Shown one piece after another: positions 1 through 12,030 of a DNA stretch of 64,000 bases. The notes beneath the pieces were generated by a model. That model saw only the letters and a list, made by a program, of their open reading frames with translations. It did not search any database and had not been told where the DNA came from. This stretch comes from Eledone cirrhosa (taxonomy: Eukaryota), in contig OZ024742.1 in NCBI GenBank assembly GCA_964016885.1, positions 268,832,001 to 268,896,000 on the forward strand. The letters run 5' to 3'. The position numbers and the translations under genes are program-made. Each line of letters starts with the position of its first letter. Within the stretch, counting starts at the first letter, position 1.

Positions 1-69
1 TATGACATAACTTATGTATTTGCTAGCATTAGGGTACATCTGTACGCATATGTTGGTAAATATACTAAT

Positions 70-118
<49 letters not shown>

Positions 119-160
119 GATAAAGTAGAAATTAAAAGATTGTTAAAAGAGTTCCATATA

Positions 161-224
161 TATTTTATGCGCATTTCGAAAACAAAATTATCCTCGGACA
201 GAATTGTGTTCTCATCAGATAAAA
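161..224 (-). ncRNA. Type I hammerhead copy, stem I 3' strand damaged
   Basis: Minus strand TTTTAT-CTGATGA-GAACACAA...TTGTTTTC-GAAA-TGCGCA-TA-AAATA. Confidence 0.6.
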
Positions 225-300
225 TAAGGTAACATGATATGAGGCATAATAGCACTTGGTTACAGGAAAATGCTATTATGCCTTATATCATGTTACCTTA

Positions 301-367
301 TTTTATCTGATGAGAACACAATTTTTTCTCCCAGGATGATTTTGTATTCGAAATGCGCATAATAAAA
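301..367 (+). ncRNA. Type I hammerhead ribozyme, intact core
   Basis: TTTTAT-CTGATGA-GAACACAA...TTGTATTC-GAAA-TGCGCA-TA-ATAAAA. Stem I TTTTAT/ATAAAA, palindromic stem III, AUA site at 359-361. Confidence 0.8.
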
Positions 368-409
368 TATATGGAACTCTTTTAACCATCTTTTAATTTC
401 TTCTTTATT

Positions 410-594
410 GGTGGATTGGCAGTATCAGTAGATAGTCGGACGCCATGTTTGATGCATAAAGTTACGGCCCTTGCCATTTTGAGTTCAAATCCCGACGAGG
501 TTAACTTTGCCTTTCATCCTTACGGGGTGGATAAAATAAAGTACCAGTAATGCACTGGTTAATTGCTGGCCTTGTGCCAAAGTATAAACAATTA
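410..594 (+). mobile_element. tRNA-derived SINE (octopod-type)
   Basis: A-box-like TGGCAGTATCAGT, B-box GAGTTCAAATCCC, body ACTTTGCCTTTCATCCTTACGGGG, ATT-rich tail. About 9 copies or fragments in the window. Confidence 0.85.
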
Positions 595-675
595 TATATA
601 CTCCAGTTCTACCAACTTTTGAGTGCTACTTGTCTAATATATGCATAGTTTTATTGTTCTACAATATTACTCACC

Positions 676-774
<99 letters not shown>

Positions 775-782
775 CATATATA

Positions 783-1350
783 TAGTAATAATAATAAATT
801 TGAAGATTAAAATCCTGAGAGGGCTCGATAAGGATAAATATATATCAAATATATAAGAACCGTAGAGCAAATATTTTTTTAAATAACAGGTGTGCTTTCA
901 TCAGATAAAATGTAATATAGAGCAGTTTTATAGATAAATATTGACATACACTTAAAGAATGCAACATATTACTGTTGGAAGCTCCCGGGGAGCTTCCAAC
1001 AGTAATGGTTGCAAAATCAATGTTAAGGCCCTGTGAAAGACCCACTTACAGATTAAAGATTTAGAAAATCCAGGAGCTATCATAAAATCATTCATTAGCA
1101 ATACCTACCCTTTTAAGAAAGCCCACTCTACTAATAGGAAATGTGTTATATGCAAAGTGAACCCCTAGGTAAACTGTAAACTAGAAATGTAGTATATAGC
1201 ATAGGTGTACAGAGGGTACCTGCAGAAACATTACAACAACATACATTAGCGAGACAGCTCGAAGCATAGGAGAATGGATAAACCAACACGGGGGGGGGGT
1301 ATTAAAAGGACGAGAAATCGGTTCAGTACTATAGGAACACGCCATATCTG
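783..1350 (+). mobile_element. PLE remnant: inverted terminal segment (783-905) plus GIY-YIG region (~1020-1350)
   Basis: Frame-shifted PGAIIKSFISNTYPF..C..C..NC.TRNVVYSI.C..TYISETARSIGE, homologous to 13290-13510. 783-905 is the reverse complement of the repeat at 3780-3880. Confidence 0.7.
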
Positions 1351-1374
1351 TTTCTCTCTCTCTCTCTCCCTCTA

Positions 1375-1449
<75 letters not shown>

Positions 1450-1499
1450 ATTTGTACATAGATTTTATGAGTTTTTAGTATGTGTGTGTGTGTGTGTAT

Positions 1500-2700
1500 G
1501 TGAGTAAGGGAGCTTGTGATTGTATGACTTTGAGTTTGAGGCCACTGTCTATGTGAAAACCATCTTTTAGTTGTATTTATGGGTGTAAGTGGATGAATAT
1601 GTACGCGCGAACAATAGAAGTTAGGCCATTCACCACCATGTAAATACTCGACGTGACTCGGTCTGTACAGTTATTTTTAATTACAGGTTATTCTTTGGTT
1701 GTGAATCCAGTTTTAGTTTAACAATTTCGTACTCCACTTCAAGGAATCTTTTCAACTTGTACACCTCTACACTTTTCCATATTTTGAGTGTGATGCGGTA
1801 AAGGAAGTAGTGTGAATTAAAAGGAAAATATTTTTCTAGCCTCAGACAACTCTTGCTATAGTAGTTCCCAGATATAAATATAATACTTATATCCATATTT
1901 GCTGACATATCGTGGTCAGATTAAAACTATTCAAAGAGGAATGTTTAGCAGAATGGTGTGTAAATGACATTCTAGACAATTTGAATTTTCCGCATCTTCC
2001 ATTCTCATTCTGTCTGTACGAGAGTTATTCTTCGCTTTTTTTTTTATAATATCACCATTTCTGCTAATGATCATGTTATTTTGTAATCTAAGATTTTGTG
2101 TTAGTCAGGAATGAATGCGAGCGATGGTGTAGTCAAGATGGTGTTCCTCTTGTGTCGGAGAAACTGTATGAAATCTTTCTTATACAATCTAAGAGTTCCG
2201 ACCAAATATAAAACTTCATAATTAACATTTCATTGTTTATGTTGAACGGTGACCTTAGTTGTGTGTAGAAGTGTATCTGGTAATAATGTTCCATTACTGC
2301 TGTTACGGACGTGATATATTTTCATGGATTTTATTATTGTCAGCTTTACGTGTGCTTTGTTCTATAAAGGTTTGCGAGTATTCTGATAAATGCATTTATT
2401 GGTTTGAATCTCTCTTATCAACTCTATACTTGGGTTTCTGAGTCATTTGTACATAGATTTTATGAGTTTTTAGTATGGAGGTATTTCAGTTGTTTGTTAA
2501 CGAAACCATCATAATTTGAAACTGATGATTACATTCTATACTCTATAGCTGCATAGATTTGGGTCTAATCGAGGTGAAAATTGTATTTGCTTTTAGGAAC
2601 TTGTCTATTTCGTCCCAAATGGTCAACATGTTTTGCCGAGTATTCTGTTTCTAAATAGAATTATATTCCTTGAATATATCTATTGTATTACAAATGATTT
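1500..2700 (-). mobile_element. Highly degenerate PLE-like remnant
   Basis: Weak GIY-YIG-like remnants on the minus strand at ~2000-2250. A 35-bp direct repeat occurs at 1448 and 2443. Confidence 0.3.
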
Positions 2701-3580
2701 GCGCAATGTTTGGCTAAAAGCCTTATAACTTCAGTTCATTTAGAAGCAGCCTACAAAGGAGTATTTTCAGATTCCTTATATATACCTTACGAATGGCGTG
2801 CATTTCCTAGCATATTTGTGGTCGAAGATAGAGTTTATGTACGCTTCTTGTGTCCGACTTTTCATGAATATCGCAGTGCGGTGTGTTGTCATCCAATTGA
2901 GCACATAAAAACGGGACATAAATATCTTACGCGAAATATGACAAGATAGTTGCCTCATTGTTATATAGTGTGCAAGTTCACATCAACAAAATAAAGTTGG
3001 AATAACGCCGGCGCAGTAACATTGTATCATTTTTAAAGTGACATGTCATAGTATTTTCAGAAATAGTGTGAAAGCTGCGCTGGTATTTTCAAGACTCTGC
3101 ACATTTTAATATTTGATATAACTGTAGAACAGAAGTGACACATTTTAGTGACGTATTTCATTCAATTTTATCAACAATTTCTAAGGACAAAGAAAAAGAA
3201 AAGATTATTAGCGGAATAAAACATTCGGACACCATGCCCGCTGTTCCTGAAATGGTAAGCCTCCATGTATTTTAGAAAATTTGATAAAGAATAAATGGAG
3301 AAGACAAGAAAAATTTCAAGCTAGTAGTGACTGATTTGCACAATTGCCAAGTAATCATTATCAAGTAACAATCCACATATATGTATGGAGAATGAACGAT
3401 GCAAAGACCGAAAAGATTGAAGCGATAGTCACCAAAGAACAGGTACAGGTGATTCAAATTAAACTGGGCTGGCTGTTTACACTCTAGCCTCTCACTACAT
3501 AGGTATACCCACGCACAAACATACACACATAGCGTAAATATATACAGTGTATATATATATATATATATGTATATGTATAT

Positions 3581-3613
<33 letters not shown>

Positions 3614-3635
3614 ATTTATTTATTTATTTATTTTC

Positions 3636-4039
<404 letters not shown>

Positions 4040-4198
4040 AGGTGTACCTTTTCTCAACCTGATCAGTGATATCGTTGCTCTGGTATATATAGTGTGTGTT
4101 AGTTTAGCCTACCACAATGTTCGATTTGTCAAGCCTTTTAAACGTATGTTATTACTCTAAGGACCTATCTTATTGAGTGCTTTGCTAACTCATCATTT

Positions 4199-4840
4199 CT
4201 GTAGGGCTTAATTCGGGTTGTTTGTTTACAAACAAACCTAGCATTATAATAAATGTGCGGTAAATCCATACGTACATATATATATGTGTGCATGTATGTA
4301 TGTATATACATACTACTGTACATCTGTATACATGTATGTACGTATACTTACTTATATTTACGTATCAGCCGTACTAAGAGTGAGAAATTATATTTCATTT
4401 TTTCCATCTATCGTTTTCGGTACGCCCGGCCGACTAACTCACTCGATATGCAAATTAGACTGCTCAGCCGTTAATATGCATAAGGAAAGTATATACTTTC
4501 AAACGTTCAATCGATTGACAGGAAGGTATACGGTGCTGATGACAGCTAAGAAGCTAGAAACTAGTTCATCGTCCCTTTGTCATTGTTGAACAAAAGGGAA
4601 ACGATGTTTGCCGAACACTGTAGGGCTTAATTCGGGCTGTTTGTTTACAAACAAACCGAGCATTATAATAAATGTTCGGTAAACCCATACGTACACATAT
4701 ATATATATATATATGTGCATGTATGTATGTATATACATACTACTGTACGTCTGTATACATATTTGTATGTACGTATACATATTTATATTTAATTATCAGC
4801 CGTACTAAGAGTGACAAATGAAATTTTATTTTTTCCATTT
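4199..4840 (+). repeat. Partial tandem repeat, period ~419 bp, containing a hammerhead
   Basis: CTGTAGGGCTTAATTCGGG...GCCGTACTAAGAGTGA at 4199 and 4618. Related copy at ~27180-27445. Confidence 0.8.
4530..4572 (+). ncRNA. Minimal type I hammerhead
   Basis: ACGGTG-CTGATGA-CAGCT-AAGA-AGCTA-GAAA-CTAG-TT-CATCGT. Confidence 0.75.
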
Positions 4841-5544
4841 ATATATATTTATAATTTTATATAATTCTGATAGATAATCATTTATTTAATTCATTCACTC
4901 ATCGAGCCAAACCGTGGAATGTAGCCAACACTCATATATGTATCTGAGACTATGTTTAAATATTTATATGGCCTTTACGACTTTTGTTCTATACTCACTT
5001 ACTGTTGAGTAAACCTTAGATGGTAACTGTCTGCTTCTTTTAGCAATGAACTTACTTGCCACCAGCCTACCTTTCACAACATTTCTAGCCAGATGTTGTT
5101 TATTACACCCTCGGAATTCGTTACTAACGGCGGCCAATTTGGAAATGTCTGTATTAAATAAGAGAGTCCCTAGAAATGATCGGAGCCTCATGTATTATGC
5201 AACCATTAGACATTTCCACAAAGTACGAGCGAAATTATCGATAGTCGGGACTGGGGGAAATGTTGGTTATGTTTATCTAATTTTTTCTTCAAACTCACAT
5301 TTTAGACTTATCTCTGTTTAAACGGTTATTTGTCAAGATGATTTTTACGGACTAAGAGGAAAAACAAGTACATTTTATCTGACTGTTCCTCATAATGGGA
5401 TTTGGATAACATTTATCTGTTATATCTTCAAAGTTATATTTAAAACTTAGCTCCGTTTAAATGATTATTTTTCTAGTTGATTTTTACGGACTAAGAAAAA
5501 AAAAGTGGGTAGATTTTGTCTAATTCTTCTTCAAACTTATAATG

Positions 5545-5613
<69 letters not shown>

Positions 5614-5614
<1 letters not shown>

Positions 5615-5951
5615 CGATTAAACAAGGTCCAATGAATAAATCAATGAATAAAGTTTCCCAATAGATTAGAAGCAATACACAGGAATGGTTTACTGGAGTT
5701 ATTAATATAAATTCAAAATATTAACAAATATAGATATTCATGTGATCAAGTATATTTTATTATACATATTTCAGTCATGGAAGTCATGACTGCCATGACT
5801 GAATTTTAACCATCAACATAGTCAAGGTATGTCAATAATCAACTTATTTTATCTGATGAGGACGTACTGTTGAAAATAGCTCAGTACCTCTGAAATATGT
5901 ATAATAAAATATACTTGATCACATGAATGTCTATATTTGCTAATATTTTGA

Positions 5952-5957
<6 letters not shown>
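5614..5957. repeat. Fold-back element between two (TA)n tracts (arms ~5708-5774 / 5890-5957)
   Basis: Reverse-complement arms. Same family as 31241-31632 and 47240-47325. Confidence 0.8.
5847..5909 (+). ncRNA. Type I hammerhead, intact core
   Basis: TTTTAT-CTGATGA-GGACGTACTG...CAGTACCTCT-GAAA-TATGTA-TA-ATAAAA. Confidence 0.8.
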
Positions 5958-5989
<32 letters not shown>

Positions 5990-6017
5990 TTTCTGAATTT
6001 GTTTAGCAAGATTCTTT

Positions 6018-6452
6018 ACAGCAACATCACAACTTACAATTAAGGACAAAATGAAAACACACACACACATAGAACAAACAACCAACCAGTAACATGTAAA
6101 TAAACAAATAAATAAACAAATGTAAACACACACAGACACCCGGATGTAACACATGCGGAAACTAAGCACACAACACACGCAAAAACAAGATGGCGTAGGA
6201 CAGAACAAAGGAGAGGCACAAAAACAAAGAAAATAATCCCCAGTCACTGAAGAGGTCACATAATGTGTGACGAAAGAATGTTCACAATATATGAACAATT
6301 TATAAATTTCCGGTTGGTTGTGGAACCAACCAACCAACCGGAAATTTATAAAATCCTAAATTTATGAATTTAATTTATTATAATAAATTGAAGTGAAACA
6401 ATTGGTGCGTGTGTTTCTTATTGGCAACATGACCCTCTCAAAGTCTAACAAT
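6018..6452 (+). mobile_element. PLE 3' UTR/pseudo-LTR fragment with degenerate hammerhead at ~6247-6285
   Basis: 6020-6070 is identical to the end of the PLE at 13710-13760. Motif CTGAAGA-GGTCACA-TAATG-TGTGAC-GAAA. Confidence 0.6.
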
Positions 6453-6487
6453 ATATATATATATTATATATATATATATATATATAC

Positions 6488-6564
<77 letters not shown>

Positions 6565-6648
6565 TATATTAGAAAGTGAGGTTTTTCTTTTTTTTTTTTT
6601 TTTTTTTACAAAATGAAAAATAACCGAGGTGTCCTACACGAGTGGAAG

Positions 6649-6742
6649 TATAAAGAAAAAGAGATGAAATCGAAAATGCAACTGAAGTCTTATTTTTTAA
6701 AAAAATAAGACTTCAGTTGCATTTTCGATTTCATCTCTTTTT

Positions 6743-6749
<7 letters not shown>
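6649..6749. repeat. Perfect palindrome, 50-bp arms
   Basis: Centre at 6699. Arm sequence matches the PLE terminus at 57423-57455 and 61010-61044. Confidence 0.9.
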
Positions 6750-6797
<48 letters not shown>

Positions 6798-6942
6798 CGT
6801 GTGTGGGTGTGTGCGTGTGTGAGTGTGTGTGTGTTTTAAAATTACAGATTAAAGTTTAAGTAAAAAATCGCTGCTTTCACCCTTATATTTATATTTATAT
6901 ATATATATCATCATTATCGGGCCCTCTTCGGATTAAAGTCTT

Positions 6943-6977
<35 letters not shown>

Positions 6978-7117
6978 GGAGAGGTTATATTTAATTTGTT
7001 GGGATTCAACAAGCTTAAACATTTTTATAACTGACATAAAGCATTCAACAGTTTAGTGGAGTAAATACACCATATATAATAAAATAAATATGGTTTTATA
7101 AATATAGTTTCCATTTA

Positions 7118-7181
<64 letters not shown>

Positions 7182-7277
7182 GTATACACAATTAAAATTT
7201 CTCACGAATATACATAAAATCTCAATAAAAATAGATCGTTAATATATCCTATTCAGATGAGTGAGTAAATATATAAA

Positions 7278-7405
<128 letters not shown>

Positions 7406-7429
7406 CTTATGCATATCACTGAAGGGGCG

Positions 7430-8797
7430 ATAAAATATTGTTCCAAGGGATATGAACATCCTCAAGAAACACAAGCATAAGGATCCTCTACCCACTGACC
7501 TTCCACAGTCTGGTCTCAGGCATTGTCTCCTCAGTAGAGGTCTTTGTTCCATACTACTCTCGCCTTGTGGCAACGAATTTTCCACCCGCATGGAGATTAA
7601 ACGGTTTCTGCGCCACACCAATACCAGCAACAGGTCAAACCTAGTATACACCAGCTTATCGCCTTTTCACTTATCGCACTCACTCGGTTACCAAATTTAT
7701 ATCTACGGATTTCTACTATCTACTTCCTACCCAAATTACACAATCCCGACAATGCCGGCCGCCCCATCATTTCAGCGTGTAATTGCCCCACTGAACTTGT
7801 TTCAGCATATCTTTATTCTTCCCACTGGTAGTCACCCTACCGCCTCACATATCAGACACAAACACTGCCCTCCTCCTATTCGATTCTTTCAGATTTTTAC
7901 TTTACTCTACAACCCTACATTTCACCCACAACATCAAATACCTATAGACTGTCGACCCCCATATCGATGTTTTTCTGGCGTTAAATCATATCCTTAAACT
8001 TCGCCCCTCCCCTCTACCTTCCACGTCTACCATTATTCAATTTGACCATCTCCTTATCCCGTGATATTTGCCAATAGACGATGGGGATGGCAATGGGCGC
8101 AAGAATTGGCCCCAGCTACACTAACTTAATTTTTCGGTTAGGTTGAGTCTCAGATCACTTCACAATAATCTGGCACAACTCCCGAATTGTACAATTTGTA
8201 CATTGATGACTGTTTAAGCACCATGACCCTCACCCGAACCCATCTCGGCTCCTTTTTGTCCTTTCTCCTCTCCTTCCACCCCTGCCTGGAGTTCACCAGC
8301 TCTGTCTCCACTTTTGTTAACATCCATCCCATCCGCACATCTCACGGGCATACGCTAACACTCCCAGATTTGTTACACATACAAAATAACGTCAACTCAA
8401 ATATACAGTGCACATATTCAAAATTACATTCACTCACACGTAGAAGTCCAATACCACTACCCAATGGTTATAAACATACAAACAGTCTCTTGGATATGTT
8501 ACACAATATACCTTTAAATATGAGAGATCTTTAAACATACTGTTGCAGTCACACGTAATATCGACACTAATACACACACGACTCTCTAAGGGTTTGCTTT
8601 CTTTAGACTCTTCATTTTCGATTTTGTCCCCTTACTTGGACTTCCTTTATTTCTGTTTCTCATTTACGATCTTGTCTCTATGTTGTACTCTCGAAAAAAG
8701 GCCTAAGCCGGAGAGTCAAAATTTCTTTCCTCTTTTCCTTATAAAGCGTAAGCTTAATAAGACTTGTTGTACCTCTGTTTGTTGTCTACTTGAACAA
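7430..8797 (+). mobile_element. Degenerate PLE, Neptune-like RT
   Basis: GMAMGARIGPSYTNL at ~8085-8130; PELYNLYIDDC..FLLSFHPCLEFT at 8180-8300; pseudo-LTR-like tail to 8797. Confidence 0.75.
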
Positions 8798-8821
8798 TAT
8801 ATATATATATATATGCAAAAG

Positions 8822-9830
8822 TGAAACAGACATAACAAAACGGTACAGTGAAAAATTATGTTATTAGTTTTACGCTTGATATTGTCGGAAAACATCTGAC
8901 TGGGCTAGAAGAGAGGCTCCGGAAACAAAAGAGGATATGTCACCGGAGGGGTGTGGTGATGGAGTGATAGGTGGGACGGAAAGGAACGTTGTTGTTGTGA
9001 GGGAGAAGGTGGAGTGGGTGAGATAGATTGTATCAGAGTGGCGTAATATCCACGCTGGATGATGTGATAGTTCCTGTGTAGGGGCTAGGTCTCGAATTGG
9101 TGGTACTACACAGAGCCGACGAAGACGGGGAAATTTGTAGTAGGGTACGGTGAGGTTTGTGTAGGCCTGATGAGAGGAGTTGATGTCGAGGTAGGAGTAC
9201 GAATCAGTGGGCTTATAGGAGATGGATGTAGAAAGTTTGTCGTGAGTGCCATTAATAGATAGAGCGTTATCGATAAATTGGACAGGGGAGTTGGAGACAG
9301 AAGTGGGGAAGGAGAGGCCTGGACGAATAGACTGGACAAAAGAAAGAAAGGAGTCAATGTGTTCAGGGAATAGCGAGGTGGCTCCGAGACAATCGTGGAT
9401 GTAACGAATGTATAGCTCCAGGGTCGGGTCAGTGTTCTGGGTGAAGAACATGTCTTCAACGTACCCAACGAACAAATTGGCGTGGTTATGGACCATTCTT
9501 GTACCCATGTCTACCACAGAGATCTGTAGGTAAATCTCTCTGCAAAAGGGAAAACAATAAGAGTAAAAATGTGCTCAGCAAGGGGGAGAAGAATAGACTT
9601 ACTGAGTTAAAGTGTAGGGCGTAAGTCTAAAACATGTTGGAGTGCACGGAGGCCGTTATCGTGAGGGATGAAGTTGTAGGCAGTTAAAATCCATAGTAAA
9701 GAGAAGGCCAGAGGAACCAAAGGAGTAGGAACATGTGTTAAACAGTCAAAGGACATGATTATTGTCGTGGATGTATGAGGGGAGGTCTGTTACAAGGTGA
9801 AGGGATGGGGGCAAAGATGTTGTCAATATA
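8822..9830 (-). mobile_element. Degenerate PLE, Neptune-like RT and thumb
   Basis: ORF 8870-9517: MGTRM..ANLFVGYVE, RYIHDC (decayed YIDD), YKPTDSYSYL..SSH, PY..F.RLRRLC. Upstream LPSYIHD and LLFTMD. Confidence 0.85.
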
Positions 9831-9839
9831 TTGGGGCTT

Positions 9840-10145
9840 TATTTCGGTAAAGAAGCCTCCATACATGGAAATGGAGTTCCACTGAAGCAGGCAGACAGGT
9901 AGAGAAGTTCAAGTATCTCGGGGCCATGTTCACAAATGATGGAAGGCAGGAGGCTGAATTAAGTGCAAGGATTGCAGGAGTAGGTGCAGTAATGCTCCAT
10001 CTTCAGCGTTCTGTAATATGGATAAGGACGTAGGCATAACGACCAAACTCACTATATTCAATTGGTAGTCGTGCCAACCCATACCTATGGTCATGAATCT
10101 TGCGTAAAGACCGAATGAATCCGATCGCAAATACAAGCGGCCGAA
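9840..10145 (+). mobile_element. RTE-clade LINE fragment (RT C-terminal region)
   Basis: Frame-shifted VEKFKYLGAMFTNDGRQEAELSARI...TKLTIF..VPTHTYGHES..TE*IRSQIQAAE, typical of RTE/Expander elements. Confidence 0.85.
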
Positions 10146-10446
10146 GCAGAAGCAGAAGCAGAAGAAGAAGAAGAAGTTAGAAGAAGAAGAAGAAGAAGAA
10201 GAAGAAGAAGAAGAAGAAGAAGAAGAAGAAGAAGAAGAAGAAGAAGAAGAAAAAGAAGAAGAAGAAGAAGAAGAAGAAGAAGAAGAAGAAGAAGAAGGAG
10301 GAGGAGGAGGAGGAGGAGGAGGGGGGGGGGAGGAGGAGGGGGGGGAGGAGGAGGAGGAGAAGAAGAAGAAGAAGAAGAAGAAGAAGAAGAAGAAGAAGAA
10401 GAAGAAGAAGAAGAAGAAGAAGAAGAAGAAGAAGAAGAAGAAGAAG

Positions 10447-10476
<30 letters not shown>
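10143..10476 (+). repeat. (GAA)n-(GGA)n-(GAA)n polypurine tract
   Basis: Direct reading. Confidence 0.98.
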
Positions 10477-10477
<1 letters not shown>

Positions 10478-11369
10478 GACAAGAGAATAGATTCAACATC
10501 TTAAATAGCAATGATAAGATCCACTGTAAAACAAACAAGCCATTTTATATATATAGATAATCTCGGTGAGTAATTTGGGCAGTTCGCCACTCACAAGCAA
10601 TGGTTTCGAATTCACGTCATTTATCCGAAGACTCTTTTTTGGCAAAGTAATTATTTACTTAAAATTGCTCAAAACATTCCCCGCAAAATTTCACCAAAAA
10701 TTTCTAAAAAGTATTGGGAATTAAAACGCTCTCACAAAATCTCTTGAAATATATTTGCAAATTGCATTCATAATTTTTATGAAAAACATTTCTTAGTATT
10801 AAACAAAAATATTTTGTGAAAGATTTTATCATATTTCCTCTAAAATTCATCAACGTTTTCCTCGAAATATTTCCCAAAAATATTTCAGGATCAATGCAGT
10901 AAAATATTCCCCAAATTTACAAAAACGAAAAAAAAAATGATGCACAAATAATTCAACAAACATTTTCAACAACATTTAAGCCATAATGTACATTCACGTT
11001 GTACAACGTGCAGCATAACACGAACTCCGAACGGGTCACTCTACAGAAACATCGTATTTTTTGTTCGCAGAACATTTATGGTAGTCATATACAAAATAGT
11101 TCGTTTCTCCTAGGCAATAATGGCTGATGTAGTATGTTAGTTTGTATAGTAAATAAATATAATATATATACTTAGTTTTTATATACACACATTTACACAC
11201 ACACACACATACACACATACACACACACACTCATTAACTCACCCTAACACAGAGATATTCTCTCACACACACATACACGCAACGAAACAAAAGAGAGAAA
11301 TATATACATTTTTTCAAAAATAGATATTTGACAAATTCTGAGTTCCTATCTTCCATTTAATGCACAATA

Positions 11370-11770
11370 GATTCCGGGAACAAAACATGGTCTACCAGTG
11401 CAATGTGTAGATGGAACGTTCCAACAAGGCCTACATCGGTTTACCCATCTGTGAGTTCAAGAGACGGTACCACCAACACCAACATTCATTTAGAAACCTG
11501 GCCCGGCGACACGCGACAGCACCTTCTGGCCATATCTGGGACCTACACGACAACAATATTAACTATAATCTAAAATGGGGCCTACTTTCCAAGGCCAAAC
11601 CATATTCAGGAGGAGGCGGTCCATGCCATTTATGCTCGGATGAAACAATCCAGATGCTGTTTGCCCAATATCAATTATTAAAAAAGAAAGAATGAACTTG
11701 TTACCTCGTGTAAACATAGGATATATATGGACATGTCTCAACTATAAACCCCTCAAGATCCAGGTGGGTA
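11370..11770 (+). mobile_element. Penelope-clade GIY-YIG endonuclease remnant
   Basis: VYQC...KAYIGL...FKRRYHQHQHSF...SGHIWDL...LKW.LL.KAKPYSGG..CHLC..E. Confidence 0.85.
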
Positions 11771-11957
11771 CATCTTGGATTTTAAAATCCATTCCACTTA
11801 CACACTAAGATAGAGGCAGCCCGGAGCTCACTAGTCCCTTTCCTAAAGCATCCCTAGGCAGACAGAGAATATTCACATTACGTTAAATACACACATATTG
11901 CGCGAATAGAATCAGCCGATTAGATAGCTACAATACATTAAAGATTTATTACGCACA

Positions 11958-12030
11958 GTTTAAGTCACAAGTATGAATACCACCATTCCTGTACCGCAGC
12001 AATGGTGGTATTCATACTTGTGACTTAAAC
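11958..12030. repeat. Perfect hairpin, 30-bp arms, 13-nt loop
   Basis: GTTTAAGTCACAAGTATGAATACCACCATT / AATGGTGGTATTCATACTTGTGACTTAAAC. Confidence 0.9.

Larger units (their letters stand above)
119..409. repeat. Fold-back element (arms ~119-254 / 271-409) with a hammerhead on each strand; PLE pseudo-LTR or retrozyme-like
   Basis: Arms are reverse complements with a few mismatches. Same family as 36208-37936. Tail resumes at 595-678, matching 37944-38028. Confidence 0.85.

Noticed and set aside
410-495. Possible tRNA gene (A and B boxes)
   Set aside because: No cloverleaf; continues into a repeated body and tail, so it is a SINE head.
641-870. [18 protein letters not shown] and SLSLSL ORFs here and throughout the ORF track
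   Set aside because: Translations of dinucleotide microsatellites that lack stop codons; not genes.
4964-5321. Overlapping 75-aa and 91-aa ORFs on opposite strands
   Set aside because: No recognisable motif, and splice signals are ambiguous.
5311-5533. Degenerate direct repeat, period ~140 bp
   Set aside because: Real but old, with no HHR or other structure.
8688-8720. Hammerhead in the tail of the Neptune-like PLE
   Set aside because: The position fits, but both core boxes are decayed (TCGAAAA, GAGA).
9930-10538. 202-aa poly-F/S/P ORF and overlapping poly-L ORF
   Set aside because: Antisense reading of the GAA/GGA tract and the RTE fragment.
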